A stretch of 64,000 nucleotides of DNA from Mobula birostris (taxonomy: Eukaryota). The stretch covers positions 116,620,230 through 116,684,229 of the forward strand of contig NC_092376.1 of the NCBI RefSeq assembly GCF_030028105.1, read 5' to 3'. A program made the position numbers and the translations under genes. The notes beneath the pieces are model-generated. The model was given only the letters and a program-made list of their open reading frames with translations, ran no database searches and was not told where the DNA came from. Shown here piece after piece: positions 1-11,515 of this stretch. The first letter of the stretch is position 1, and every line of letters starts with the position of its first letter.

Positions 1-625
1 ACAACTCTGGTTAACATAGTTTCGTACTTGAAGGTACCTAAAAAAGTCATTATGTTCTAGGCCATGTTTGTCCTGCAGGATTTGGATTTGGTTGCGGATA
101 TTTCAACCCGACTGGAACAGGCTCAACGCAAAATTTTCGATTTAGAGGCAAAGTCTCGTAGGAATAACATTTGTATTCTGGGTCTTCCGGAACACTCTGA
201 ATCTGGGAATCTATTGGATTATTTTGCCAATCTGTTTCAATCTCTGTTCCCAGATATTCTATCTCAGCCTCCCGAGATTGAAAGAGCTCACAGAATTTTT
301 ACTTCGTCAAGCTCGACCAATTTTAGTCAACTTTCTTCGCTTTAAGGTTTAAGATCAAATCATAAAATGTGCAAGAAAACAGAAAGTTTTTAAATTTAAC
401 GGTTCCGAGATCCGTCTTTATGAAGATTATCCACGGGAAGTTATGGAACAACGGATCAAATTCACACCGGTCATGAAAATCGCTTACAAAAAAACTCTTT
501 TTCCATCCCTGAGATATCCAGCGAAACTGAAGTTATTTCCTAAAGACTCTACCCCTCGTGTCTTCTTGGATCCCCAAGTGGCATTGGATTTTGTCAATTC
601 TATTGTGGAATCGGCTGAAGTATGA
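1..625 (+). mobile_element. L1-clade LINE ORF1 remnant (5' end outside window)
   Basis: ORFs 64-345 and 443-625 encode RRNNICILGLPE...IERAHR and LRYPAKLK motifs typical of vertebrate L1 ORF1p RRM/CTD; broken by frameshifts. Confidence 0.85.
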
Positions 626-1020
626 AGGATATTAGAGTCTCCGAATAATTTTCTAAAAGAAAACAGGTTTTGAAGATTTCGGTATGCTGAAGATATCTTT
701 TGATTGATGGATTACTTAAAGAAGAGGTGGTCTTCTTGGTTTGATTAAAGAATGACTTTCTTTTGAAGACTGTTTAGTATACGGAGTGAATTAATACAGT
801 GGATAGATTGTAAACTGGTTTGATTATCTGTTTCTATTTTTCTTTTTCTTTATTAATTAAGTGATAGTTTGCTTGCAGTTTATATAGATTTTTTTCTTAC
901 ATTATGGAGTGTTTAGTAATAGATAATTAGCTTTAATTTTTTGTTAAATAAGGTAGTAAGTTAAAGAATAATGGTGTTGATTTTCTCTCTTTAGAGATTA
1001 AACTGTTTGGGTTAATAGTA

Positions 1021-1820
1021 AACAACAGGAATTCTGCAGATGCTGGAAATTCAAGCAACACACATCAAAGTTGCTGGTGAACGCAGCAGGCCAGGCAGCA
1101 TCTGTAGGAAGAGGTGCAGTCGACGTTTCAGGCCGAGACCCTTCGTCAGGACTAACTGAAGGAAGAGTGAGTAAGGGATTTGAAAGTTGGAGGGGGAGGG
1201 GGAGATCCAAAATGATAGGAGAAGACAGGAGGGGGAGGGATGGAGCCAAGAGCTGGACAGGTGATAGGCAAAAGGGGATACAAGAGGATCATGGGACAGA
1301 AGGTCCAGGAAGAAAGACAAGAGGGGGGGCACCCAGAGGATGGGCAAGAGGTATATTCAGAGGGACAGAGGGAGAAAAAGGAGAGCGAGAGAAAGAATGT
1401 GTGCATAAAAATGAGTAACAGATGGGATACAAGGGGGAGGTGGGGCCTTAGTGGAAGTTAGAGAAGTCGATGTTCATGCCATCAGGTTGGAGGCTACCCA
1501 GACGGAATATAAGTTGTTGTTCCTCCAACCTGAGTGTGGCTTCATCTTTACAGTAGAGGAGGCCGTGGATAGACATGTCAGAATGGGAATGGGATGTGGA
1601 ATTAAAATGTGTGGCCACTGGGAGATCCTGCTTTCTCTGGCGGACAGAGTGTAGGTGTTCAGCAAAGCGGTCTCCCAGTCTGCGTCGGGTCTCGCCAATA
1701 TATAAAAGGCCACATCGGGAGCACCGGACACAGTATAGTACCCCAGCCGACTCACAGGTGAAGTGTTGCCTCACCTGGAAGGACTGTTTGGGGCCCTGAA
1801 TGGTGGTAAGGGAGGAAGTG
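1021..1820 (-). mobile_element. Penelope-like element 3' fragment (GIY-YIG endonuclease plus pLTR) nested in the L1 inter-ORF spacer
   Basis: ORF 1448-1774 VLYCVRCSRCGLLYIGETRRRLGDRFAEH (GIY-YIG); flanked by direct repeat tgggttaatagta at 1008-1020 and 1819-1831. Confidence 0.9.
1118..1153 (-). ncRNA. Minimal type I hammerhead ribozyme motif in Penelope pLTR
   Basis: Minus strand reads AGUC-CUGACGA-AGG(gucucgg)CCU-GAAAC-GUC/GACU: intact catalytic core, stem I AGUC/GACU, stem II AGG/CCU, palindromic ACGU stem III. Confidence 0.8.
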
Positions 1821-2275
1821 GGTTAATAGTATCGTTTCGGTGTCTTTGGAGACTGTCTCCGCATTCCTTTAGCCTGTTTTCAATGATTAAGTACAAACAA
1901 TTTTTCTTCGCTGGACTTTCTTATTTTAAGGTTACGTATTTTCGTTGTAAGGGGGAGGGGGGAATTGGGAGAAAAAACTTTTAATCATTATTTAAATTGA
2001 GCAGCACGCAGAATTCCGTTCTTATGTCTTTCCTTGGGGATGCGTTCCGGCCTTTCTTTCTTTTGCTGGATTTCCTTCTTTGGGGATGATGGGAGGTTTG
2101 GGGGTATTTTTGTACTTTAGGGTTTATTGTGAGATTTTTTTTCACACATTTTGTATTTTTCTCCATTATGGAGTTCCGGAGCATGCGCATTTTCTATTTG
2201 GTTATATTCATCACCGCCATCTTTGATTAGCCCGCGATGGTATGCGTGTATTGTCGTGTTTAAGAATAATATCCA

Positions 2276-5200
2276 ATGGTACTTAAACAGATAAACGTTA
2301 TTAGTTGGAATGTACGTGGCTGGAATCACCCTATTAAGCGAAAGAAGACATTTAAAATTTTTAATCGGTTCCAGCCCGATATAATTTTTGCTCAAGAATC
2401 GCATATCAGAACGGGCGAACAAAATAGATTTTTTAAAACATGGAAGGGCCTTCAATATCATGTTACTTGTCAAAATAAGACGAAGGGAGTATCTATTTTT
2501 ATTAAATCTAATATTTATTCAAGAAGACATTGTTTCAGATAATAATGGTAGATTTTTAATTATAAAAGGAATAATTTGTAATAGAAAAATTGTCCTGGTT
2601 AATCTATACGGACTTAATGTAGATGATCCTTCTTTTTTTAAAAATGTACTTGGTTTATTACCAGACTTAAATGAATACATGCTGCTGATGGGAGGTGACT
2701 TCAACTGTTCTTTAAACCCTTTGATTGACAAAAGTTCAACTAATCAGCAGCTTCCGAGTCATTCGGCAACACTTATTAATTCCTTTTTAACTGATTATGG
2801 TTTGATAGAAATCTGGAGAAATTTACATCCTAATGACAGAGATTATTCTTTTTATTCACATGTTCATAATAAATATTCGAGAATTGATTATTTTATAGCT
2901 GGTTTCCGATTTTTGTCCCAAGTCCAGAAATGTGAATATGATGCTATTGCAGTCTCGGACCATGCGCCTTTAGGCTTAACTTTTGAGTTAAATGATGTTA
3001 GTAATGTAAACTTGCCTTGGCGCTTTCCAGAAAATTTATTACAAAGTTCGGACTTTGTTAAATTTATAGAGATTCAGATAAAAGATTTCTTTTTAATAAT
3101 ACGGGAGATGTTTCGAAATTGATTGTATGGGATACCATCAAAGCATATTTGCGAGGTCAGATAATATCTTATTTGGCTAAACTTAAGAAACAGACAAAAA
3201 TAGAGTTAGATACAATTTCCAGATCTGGATAACACTTATGCAGTTTCTCCTAATGTTGATTTATTTAAACAAAGGGTTGAACTTCAATCAGAATATAATT
3301 TACTACTAACTTATCCTATTGAAAGAAATTTGCTTAAGTTAAAAAGTCAATTTTATATGTTTGGAGATAAAAGTAACAAGCTATTAGCATCTCAACTTAA
3401 AGCAGTTAGAGCTAAAAGACAAATTTTAAAAATTTCGTAAGGGAGATGTTAGTTTAGCTAGTAATTATGAAGATACTATTTTTTTTCAAGACTATTACAG
3501 TGAACTCTATAAATCTGTTTCCAGCTGACCCTTCTAATATGTATGCCTTTTTACAAAAGATTGATTTTCCTAGAATATCTATTGAAGATCAGCAAATTCT
3601 TGATGCTCCTTTCACTGAAAGAGAAATTCAGAAAGCTATTCTTTCAATGCAATCTGGTAAAGCTCCTGGATTGGATGGTTTTACTGCAGGATTTTATAAA
3701 AAAATTTGAACATTTGCTTACTCCTTATATGTTGGAAATGCTTAAAGATCCTTTTCTGTTAGGAGAGTTACCTTCCACATTTTATAAAGCTTCTATTTCT
3801 TTAATTCTTAAGAAGATAAATATCCTGCTGATTGTGCTTCATATAGACCTATTTCATTATTAAATGTGGATGCCAAAATTCTTTCAAAAATAATGGCTAA
3901 TCGGATGGAGAATATACTAGCAAAAATTATTTCTCAGAATCAAACTGGTTTTATAAAAGGCCGTTATTCTTTTTCTAATACTCGGAGATTGTTAACTATT
4001 ATATACTCATCCCTCTCTAAGACCCCCCAATGTGTTGTTTCTCTAGATGCTGAAAAGGCATTTGATAGAGTTGAATGGAAATATCTATTCAAAGTTTTAG
4101 AGAAATTTAGCTTTGGTACTAATTTTAATAAATGGATTAGATTGATATATAAAAGCCCTATTGCCACTGTTATCTCTAATAACTGTAGATCCCCCTTTTT
4201 CCAGCTTTCCCGGGGTACAAGACAAGGATATTGCACTTCGTGAAGCTAAAAATATTCAAGGAATTTCTATAAATGGGACTATTCATAAGATCTCCCTTTA
4301 TGCAGATTATTTTTTGGTTTATATTTCGAATCCTGAAGAATCTATTCCTAGCTTATTGAAATTATTAAATGAATTTGGATTGTTTTCAGGATATAAATTA
4401 AACCTGCATAAAAGTGAATTATTTCCTTTAAATTATTCCGCATCTATATATGGTAATATTCCTCTAAAAGTTACGGATTCTTTTAAATATTTAGGTATTA
4501 TCATCACTAAAAATTACGGAGACCTTTGTAGAGCTAATTTAGTTCCCTGAGTGGATTTTATGAAGCAAATTTTTTCTAGATGGAATCCATTTACACTTTC
4601 GTTAGTAGGTCGAATTCATGCAGTTAAAATGATGATTTTACCAAAATTTTTATATGTATTTCAAAACAATCCTATTTTTCTAACTAAGAAGTTTTTTGAT
4701 TAGGTTGATTTTATTATTTGATCTTTTGTTTGGAATAATAAAAGACCAAGAATTGGAAAATGTCATTTACAAAAATTAAAAAAGGATGGAGGTCTTACTT
4801 TGCCTAATTTAAGAATGTACTATTGGGCGGTTAATATACGTTATGCGTGTTCTTGGTTATATTGGACCGATAAAAAGGAACGACCATCTTGGGTTGATTT
4901 GGAATTGAAAATGGTGAAACAATTTCATTTAACTTCGTTATTAGGAGCTCCTTTACCTGTACAATTAACCAAAATTTCTATTTAAATATAATTCCTATGA
5001 TTAATCAATCATTACGAATTTGGTACCAGTTTTGTAAGTTTTTTAATCTTAAAAAATCTAACCTTTTTAGTTTAATTTATCAAAACTATTTATTTAAACC
5101 TTCACTTAGTGATCCTACCTTTTCTCTTTGGAGGAATAAAGGAATTTTTTCCTTTATCGACTTGTTTCAAGAAGGTCGATTGATGTCCTTTGAGAAATTA

Positions 5201-5917
5201 GTAACTAAATACACCCTCTCATACTCACATTTTTTGCAATATCTTCAGGTCAGACATTTCTTACAAGAATATTTAAGTAATTTTCCATATATACAAGGCT
5301 CTGACCTGTTAGACATTATTTTAAAAATGAACCCTTTACTGAAAGGTTTTATTGGGAAAATTTATAATTTACTATTACAACAGGATAACTATCCTTTACT
5401 TAACATTAAGCAAGATTGGGAAAGAGAGCTTAATATGACCCTGATAACAGAGGATTGGTTGCGAATTTTGAAGCTGGTTAACTCTTCTTCGATTTGTGCC
5501 AGTCATTCTTTAATTCAATTTAAAATTGTACATCATTATTATTTGACAAAGGAGAGATTGTCTAAAATATTTCCTAATGTAAATAGTCAGTGTGATAGAT
5601 GCAAAACTGAGATAGCTACATTGACACGTATGCTTTGGTCGTGTTCTGTATTGAAACAATTTTGGAAATCTATTTTTTCTACAATCTCTAAAGCTTTAAA
5701 AATCAATTTACAACCTAATAAATTGACAGTTTTGTTTGGTATAGTTCCTCAACATATTCACGGTATTTCTATATCAAACCAATACGTAATTGCATTTGTC
5801 ACATTATTGGCCAGAAGGGCTATTTTATTAAAATGGAAAGATGCCTCTGCTTCCACTTTGATACAATGGTTCTCTCAGGTGATGCTATGTCTTAGTTTGG
5901 AAAAAATTAGAAGTTGA
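2276..5917 (+). mobile_element. L1-clade LINE ORF2 (APE endonuclease, RT, C-terminal Cys motif), inactivated
   Basis: MVLKQINVISWNVRG, QESH, GGDFN, SRIDY, SDH (EN); GKAPGLDGF, SLDAEKAFDRVEW, YADY, FKYLGI (RT); CDRC...LWSC knuckle with His lost; frameshifts and a deletion just after RGTRQG. Confidence 0.95.
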
Positions 5918-6360
5918 ACTTTTGATCCTAAATTTGACTTCAAGAAAAGGTGAGGTTCTTTTGCCCGTTATTACCATTTGACTTGAGTTAATTCAGATAG
6001 TCCTTCTCTGATGCTTGGTTTATGGGTTTGGCTGGTGGTTTGATGTCTTTTTCTATAGAAGCTTGTTTGGCTCATAGCTCCGGGTTTGTGCTCCAAATGG
6101 TTTTCTTTTCTTTTTTTTTTAGTTATTCGGGGTTTTCTCTGTTTTAGTTAGTAAGGGTTCTTTTTTTTCTTTCTTTCCTTTTTTCGATATAAAAAAAGCT
6201 TTAATACTTTGTTTATTGATTATTATTGATATATTGTTCAGCCTGGTTGATAGTTTTAACTTTTACTTTACATATGGATATGTTATCTTGATTATTTTGA
6301 TGTATTTTTTTCTGTTGTTGATTTTCAATAATAATTAATAAAAAGATTTAAAAAGAAAAG
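5918..6360 (+). mobile_element. L1 3' UTR and A-rich tail
   Basis: T-rich UTR ending aataataattaataaaaaagatttaaaaagaaaag immediately after ORF2. Confidence 0.75.
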
Positions 6361-8460
6361 ACTTTTGAAAGATCATCGCTAATGCCTCTGCAATCTCCAC
6401 AGCTACTTCCTTCAGAACATGAGGGTGCATTCCATCTGGTCCGGGAGATTTATCTACCTTTAGACTATTCAGCTTCCTGAGTACTTTCTCTGTCATAATT
6501 GTGACTGCGCACACTTCTCTTCCCTCCACCCTTGAGTGTCCGGTATACTGCTGATGTCTTCCTCAGTGAAGACTGATGCAAAATACTCATTCAGTTCCTC
6601 CGCCATCTCCTTATCACCCATTACAATTTCTCCAGCATCATTTTCTATCGGTCCTATATCTACTCTCACCTGTCTTTTACTCTTTATATTCTTGAAAAAG
6701 CTTTTAGTATCCTCTTTGATATTATTTGCTAGCTTCCTTTCATAGTTAATCTTTTCCCTCTTAATAACCTTCTTAGTTTCCTTTTGTAAGGTTTTAAAAA
6801 CTTCCCAATCCTCTGTCTTCCCACTAATTTTTGCTTCCTTGTATGCCCTCTCCTTTGCTTTAACTTTGGCTTTGACTTCTCTTGTCAACCATGGTTGCAT
6901 CCTTTTTCCATTTGAAAATTTCTTCATTTTTGGAATATACCTGTCTTGCACATTCCTCATTTCTCGCATAAACTCCAGCCACTGCTGCTCTGCCGTCTTT
7001 CCCACCAGTGTCCCTTTCCAGTCAACTTTGGCCAGTTCCTCTCTCATGCCACTGTAATTTTCTTTACTCCACTGAAATACCGACACACCAGATTTCGGCT
7101 TCTCTTTTTCAAATTTCACAGTGAACTCAATCATGTTATGATCACTGTCTCCTAATGGTTCCTTCACCTCAATCTCTCTAATGACCTCCGGTTCATTACA
7201 CAATACCCAATCCAGTACAGCCGATCCCCTAGTGGGCTCAACAACAAGCTGTTCTAAAAAGCCATCTCGCAAACATTCTACAAATTCTCTCTCTTGAGAT
7301 CCAGTGCGGACCTGATTTTCCCAATCCACTCGCATGTTAAAATCCCCTGCAATTATCATAACACTACCCTTCTGACAAGCCTTTTCTATTTCCTGTTGTA
7401 ATTTGTAGTCCACATCCCTGCAGCTGTTTGGAGGCCTATAAATAACTGCCATCAGGATCCTTTTACCCCTGCGATTCCTTAGCTCAACCCATAAAGATTC
7501 TGCACCTTCCGATCCTATATCACCTCTTTCTAATGATTTAATATCATTTCTTACCAATAAAGCCACTCCTCCCCCTCTGCCTGCCTTCCTATCCTTCTGA
7601 TACACCGTGTATCCTTGGATGTTCAGCTCCCAGAGACATGCATCCTTTACCAACATCTCAGTGATGGCCACAACATCATACCTGCCAATCTGTAGCTGTA
7701 CGACAAGATCATCCACCTTATTCCTTATGCTGCGTGCATTTAAGTATAACACCTTAACACCAGTATTTGGTACTTTTCGCTTTGATTTCACTGCAACTTT
7801 ATTGCACTGCAACTCATCTCAGTGGCTACACATTTGCGCCATCACCTGCCTGTCTTTCCTGACATCTTTACTGCTCACTATCTTAGATTTATTTCTGTTT
7901 TTCCCTTCCTCCGCTCTGTCATTCCGGTTCCCATCCCCCTGCCAAATTAGCTTAAACCCTCCCTAACAGCTCTATTAAACTTTCCTGCCAGGATATTGGT
8001 CCCCTTCCGGTTCAGGTGTAATGTGTCATTTTTGAACAGGCCATACTTACCCCAGAAGAGATCCCAATTATCCAAGAATCTGAAGCCCTGCCCCCTGCAC
8101 CAGTCTCTCAGCCATGCATTCATCTACCTGATCCTACTATTCTTGCCCTCACTAGCACGTGGCACAGGTAGCAACACCGAGATTACTACCCTGGAGGTCT
8201 TGCTTCTCAGCTTCCTTCCTAACTCCCAGAGATCTCTCTTCAGGACCTCCTCCTTTGTCCTATCTATGTCACTGGTACCAACATGTACCAAGACAACAGG
8301 CTGCTCACCCTCCCCCTTCAGAATATTCTGGTTCCAATCCGAGACATCCCGTACCCTGGCACCTGGAAGGCAACACACCATGTGGGTATCTCTATCAGGC
8401 TCACAGAATCTCCTGTCCATTCCCCTGACTATGGAATCCCTTATGACTACCGCATTCCTC
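6360..8460 (-). mobile_element. CR1-clade LINE: ORF1 SGNH-esterase remnant, ORF2 endonuclease and start of RT, cut off at the L1 tail
   Basis: ORF 8124-8420 CCLPGARVRDV...VHVGT; ORF 6493-7812 LYLNARSIRNK, GDFN, SDH; ORF 6335-6529 KSPGPDG ending IFQKS at the L1 junction. Confidence 0.92.
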
Positions 8461-10600
8461 GTGCATGGATTTCCTTCAATGTCGTTTACTTCGCGGTTTT
8501 GGGGATAAAACAGTTCTTCAGATCACAGACATGACGCTACATCCACAGAAGTTCGTGCCTGAAATGTCCATCAGTAACACTATTGGGCAAGTGGGCAAGT
8601 GTCCGTCTGGCTGTTTGAACTGCTGGGTCTCCGGTCTGGTTGTGTCCTGTCACTTTGTGTCACGTTTCAATGTTTTGTGCGTGAAGGGAACGGAGGGTGA
8701 AGTAGAGAGTGAGCGAAAGATCAAGAGACCCAAAGAAGGTGATTCCACTATTTTTTGTTTTAAATCCAGCCTGGTCTGCACTGGCAGTCGAAATTTGGTC
8801 TGTCAACCCAGTTCAATACTGGAGTCATGGACATTTGTTGGTGAAGGGACTTTCAATCTCTGTCCAACTGTGAAGAGACTTAATGGTGGCACAAGAGTCT
8901 CTGAACTGCAAATTGTAGCCGCAGTTTTACTTTATTCAATCATGTTGTAATAAGCATGGACACGGGGAGTGATACTGGTGCTGTGGTCAGACCTGGTCCT
9001 AGGGATGCCTACATCAGATGTCTGGTGAACTTCCCAGGCAGCTCACAGGTAAAGGTGAGATGAAGATCAGACCCCAGTAATTGGGAGGTGACTGGCTGAT
9101 AGATGTGCAGAAGAAATATCAAGGAGGTGGGGAGGCAGTGGGAGATGTGGAAGTGATCGGAAGCATGGAGTGTGAGAAAGGATGAGCAGGGAAAATGAAC
9201 CATGATAATGGCCAGAAAGAGATGGACAGAAACAACAGAACAAGGCTGACTTGCCCTAGCCAAGGTATTCAGTTATTTTTCATGCAGAACAACTGTAATT
9301 AAATGTAATGCAGGGACTGATAATGATTTATATTGCATCATTAAAGCTAAAAAAAACTGACAGACAGATTTAAACATAACACCAAAGAATGGAAGTATTA
9401 GGATAATAATTTACAGAGGGATCAAAGTGATTTCAAGAAAAAGATGCCCACTGCCCCAGATCCAGGTTTTAGATATATATCCATTCTGTCTCAGATTACT
9501 GTGTCTCCAATTTATGAGAAGCAATGATGAGTGAGCAGTTTGCAGACAATGAGAGCAACTGTCTGAACACCTGGTGATGCAAAAGGCAGTTCAGATATAT
9601 TCTGACCAAATGGACCACCGATGTGTTCAAACAATGACTTTATCTTGAACTCTCCAAATATATTGAGCACTCACTACATTGAAGAGTGAGGGAGGGTCAT
9701 CTGTGACTCCAATCATTCATTGTTCTCTCTCTGTGGCAAGTATGTCTCTTCTTTGTTAAGAAACCGGAACTCTCCTCTACCTGCCCAGTGCAGTCTTGCC
9801 AAGACTCTGTACAACGACAGTATGACTCTGTGACTTCAATGTTCAAAGCTTCTAATTATAAATGGTAACTTATTATTTCCACCTGGAGAGTCTCTTGAAG
9901 AGATGTGAGTATCATCACACCTTGTTTCTAATGTTCAGCACCATCCAATCACTCAGAATTTAAGAAAAACTACTTTTACATGATTGGCACTAAATTGGAT
10001 GATCTCCCTTATGTCTTCATTGTTTTCCATCTGCCAATTTCTTGTCATCTCACTGAGTTTCTTCATAAAACATTTTGGACAAGTTTCCACAAGGTGATGA
10101 AATCAGGATTACTTCTATTTGTGTCACTGATTTGTTTACCTTCTTTGCTCATTCTGTGAACAGATGAAGTACCATTAATTTGGTCACATTAAGGTCTTTC
10201 AGTATTGCCATGACTTCGATTATTTTTCCTAACAAGAAATTAACTCAATTCCTAACCAAATGGTAATAGAGTTAATAAATCTGCAATAGTGATCTACATC
10301 TGATCATTACCACATCCCTGTCTGTGGAAGCAGTTTCCTCAATGGCTGCTCAGAGTGAAAGGCACTTTATTAAATGCAAGTTTTACTATCACTTTAACTG
10401 CAAACATTCCCAGCCTACTTTATGCAAATATCTTCACCAAATCTTAAAGTTCTAAACATAAATATTTCAATTAAAATCAATTTCAAGGCATACTTATTAA
10501 CTTTTATCACCAACAGTGCAGTCTATCCAAACAAAAAGACACTGATATCAGAGATTTAAATAAGAAACATCATTTCCATGGTGTGTAATAAAGCACTTAC

Positions 10601-10627
10601 TTATGGCTAACAGAACTGTGTGCTTGT
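10601..10627 (-). CDS. Candidate 27-nt micro-exon of TIM copy 1
   Basis: ttcttctgtacacAG acceptor, GTAAGT donor; phase-1 reading DKHTVLLAI; signals conserved in paralogs. Confidence 0.4.
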
Positions 10628-10879
10628 CTGTGTACAGAAGAAAGATTAAATTTATTTTCTTACATTTTTCAATGCTTGTAATGCAATTTTATTCACTTAC
10701 TTCAAGCTTATATAACTTGTAGAAAAGATTTGGGACAACAGGTGGATATTAAGTATTGAGACCATTGGAGGATCTTTAAAGTGCCACTGTTAGCTGTGAT
10801 TAGGACATTTTGTTTTGGGGTCAATTCTCTAATCTGCATTGGTTAACGGAGAAAACAGATGGAATAAGCTTGGGTTGTG

Positions 10880-11450
10880 AATCTGCAGGTGGATGGGCTT
10901 CATAGTCACAGGGTTGGACCCTCTTCTCTGCGTAACATATATCAAAGACTTAGCTCAAGGGCAACATTTCCAAGATTTAACACCATGAGATTTACAGAGA
11001 ATGTAAGGAGAAATCAGTGGAAAAGGGAGGTCTGGCTAAATAGATAAGGACATAATGAATGGGATATAATGTGGTGAAATGTGACATGATCCACTTCAGG
11101 AGGAATATTAGAAAAACAGATTTTTGTTATATGGTGAGTGATTGGATATCCAAAGGATCTGGGTGTCTGTGTTCATGGTCACTGAAGGCTAAGTAAGCCA
11201 ATAGGCAGATAAGCAAAAAACTTGTTTAGAAGAAATAAATATTCATACATTGATTCCAGGGAAACAGATGTTGAGCGCACAGCAGAGCTTAGAAGAATAG
11301 CAGGAGAGCTGATTGAAATGGATACAATTCTGAGAGGGCTACAAAAGGAAGGTGTAAGAAATGCTTTGCCTGTAGGGATCATCATCTCAAAATCTCAAAA
11401 TAAGGCATCATCATTCAGGATTGAGATGCAATGAAATATATGAGAGAAAA
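10880..11450 (+). mobile_element. Ancient decayed CR1 RT fragment shared by all duplicated blocks (continues ~13570-14000)
   Basis: ggaccctcttctc...atatatcaaagactt (GPLLF..YI.DL-like) and ggatctgggtgtc (DLGV-like) remnants; paralogs at ~22640 and ~62580. Confidence 0.6.
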
Positions 11451-11515
11451 AGTTATGTATTTTATATAAACAAGCTCCATGGGAGGGCAAGAAAATGTCA
11501 AAAGGAATATAATAT

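Noticed and set aside
9780-9810. Apparent 26-nt micro-exon (SLGKTALG / SIGKSALR) in three blocks
   Set aside because: In the ~60690 copy the acceptor is created by an insertion junction, and no frame is consistently supported.
10140-10160. AG...GTAAAC mini-exon downstream of the 27-nt exon
   Set aside because: Length differs (14 vs 13 nt) and the acceptor is absent in the third paralog.
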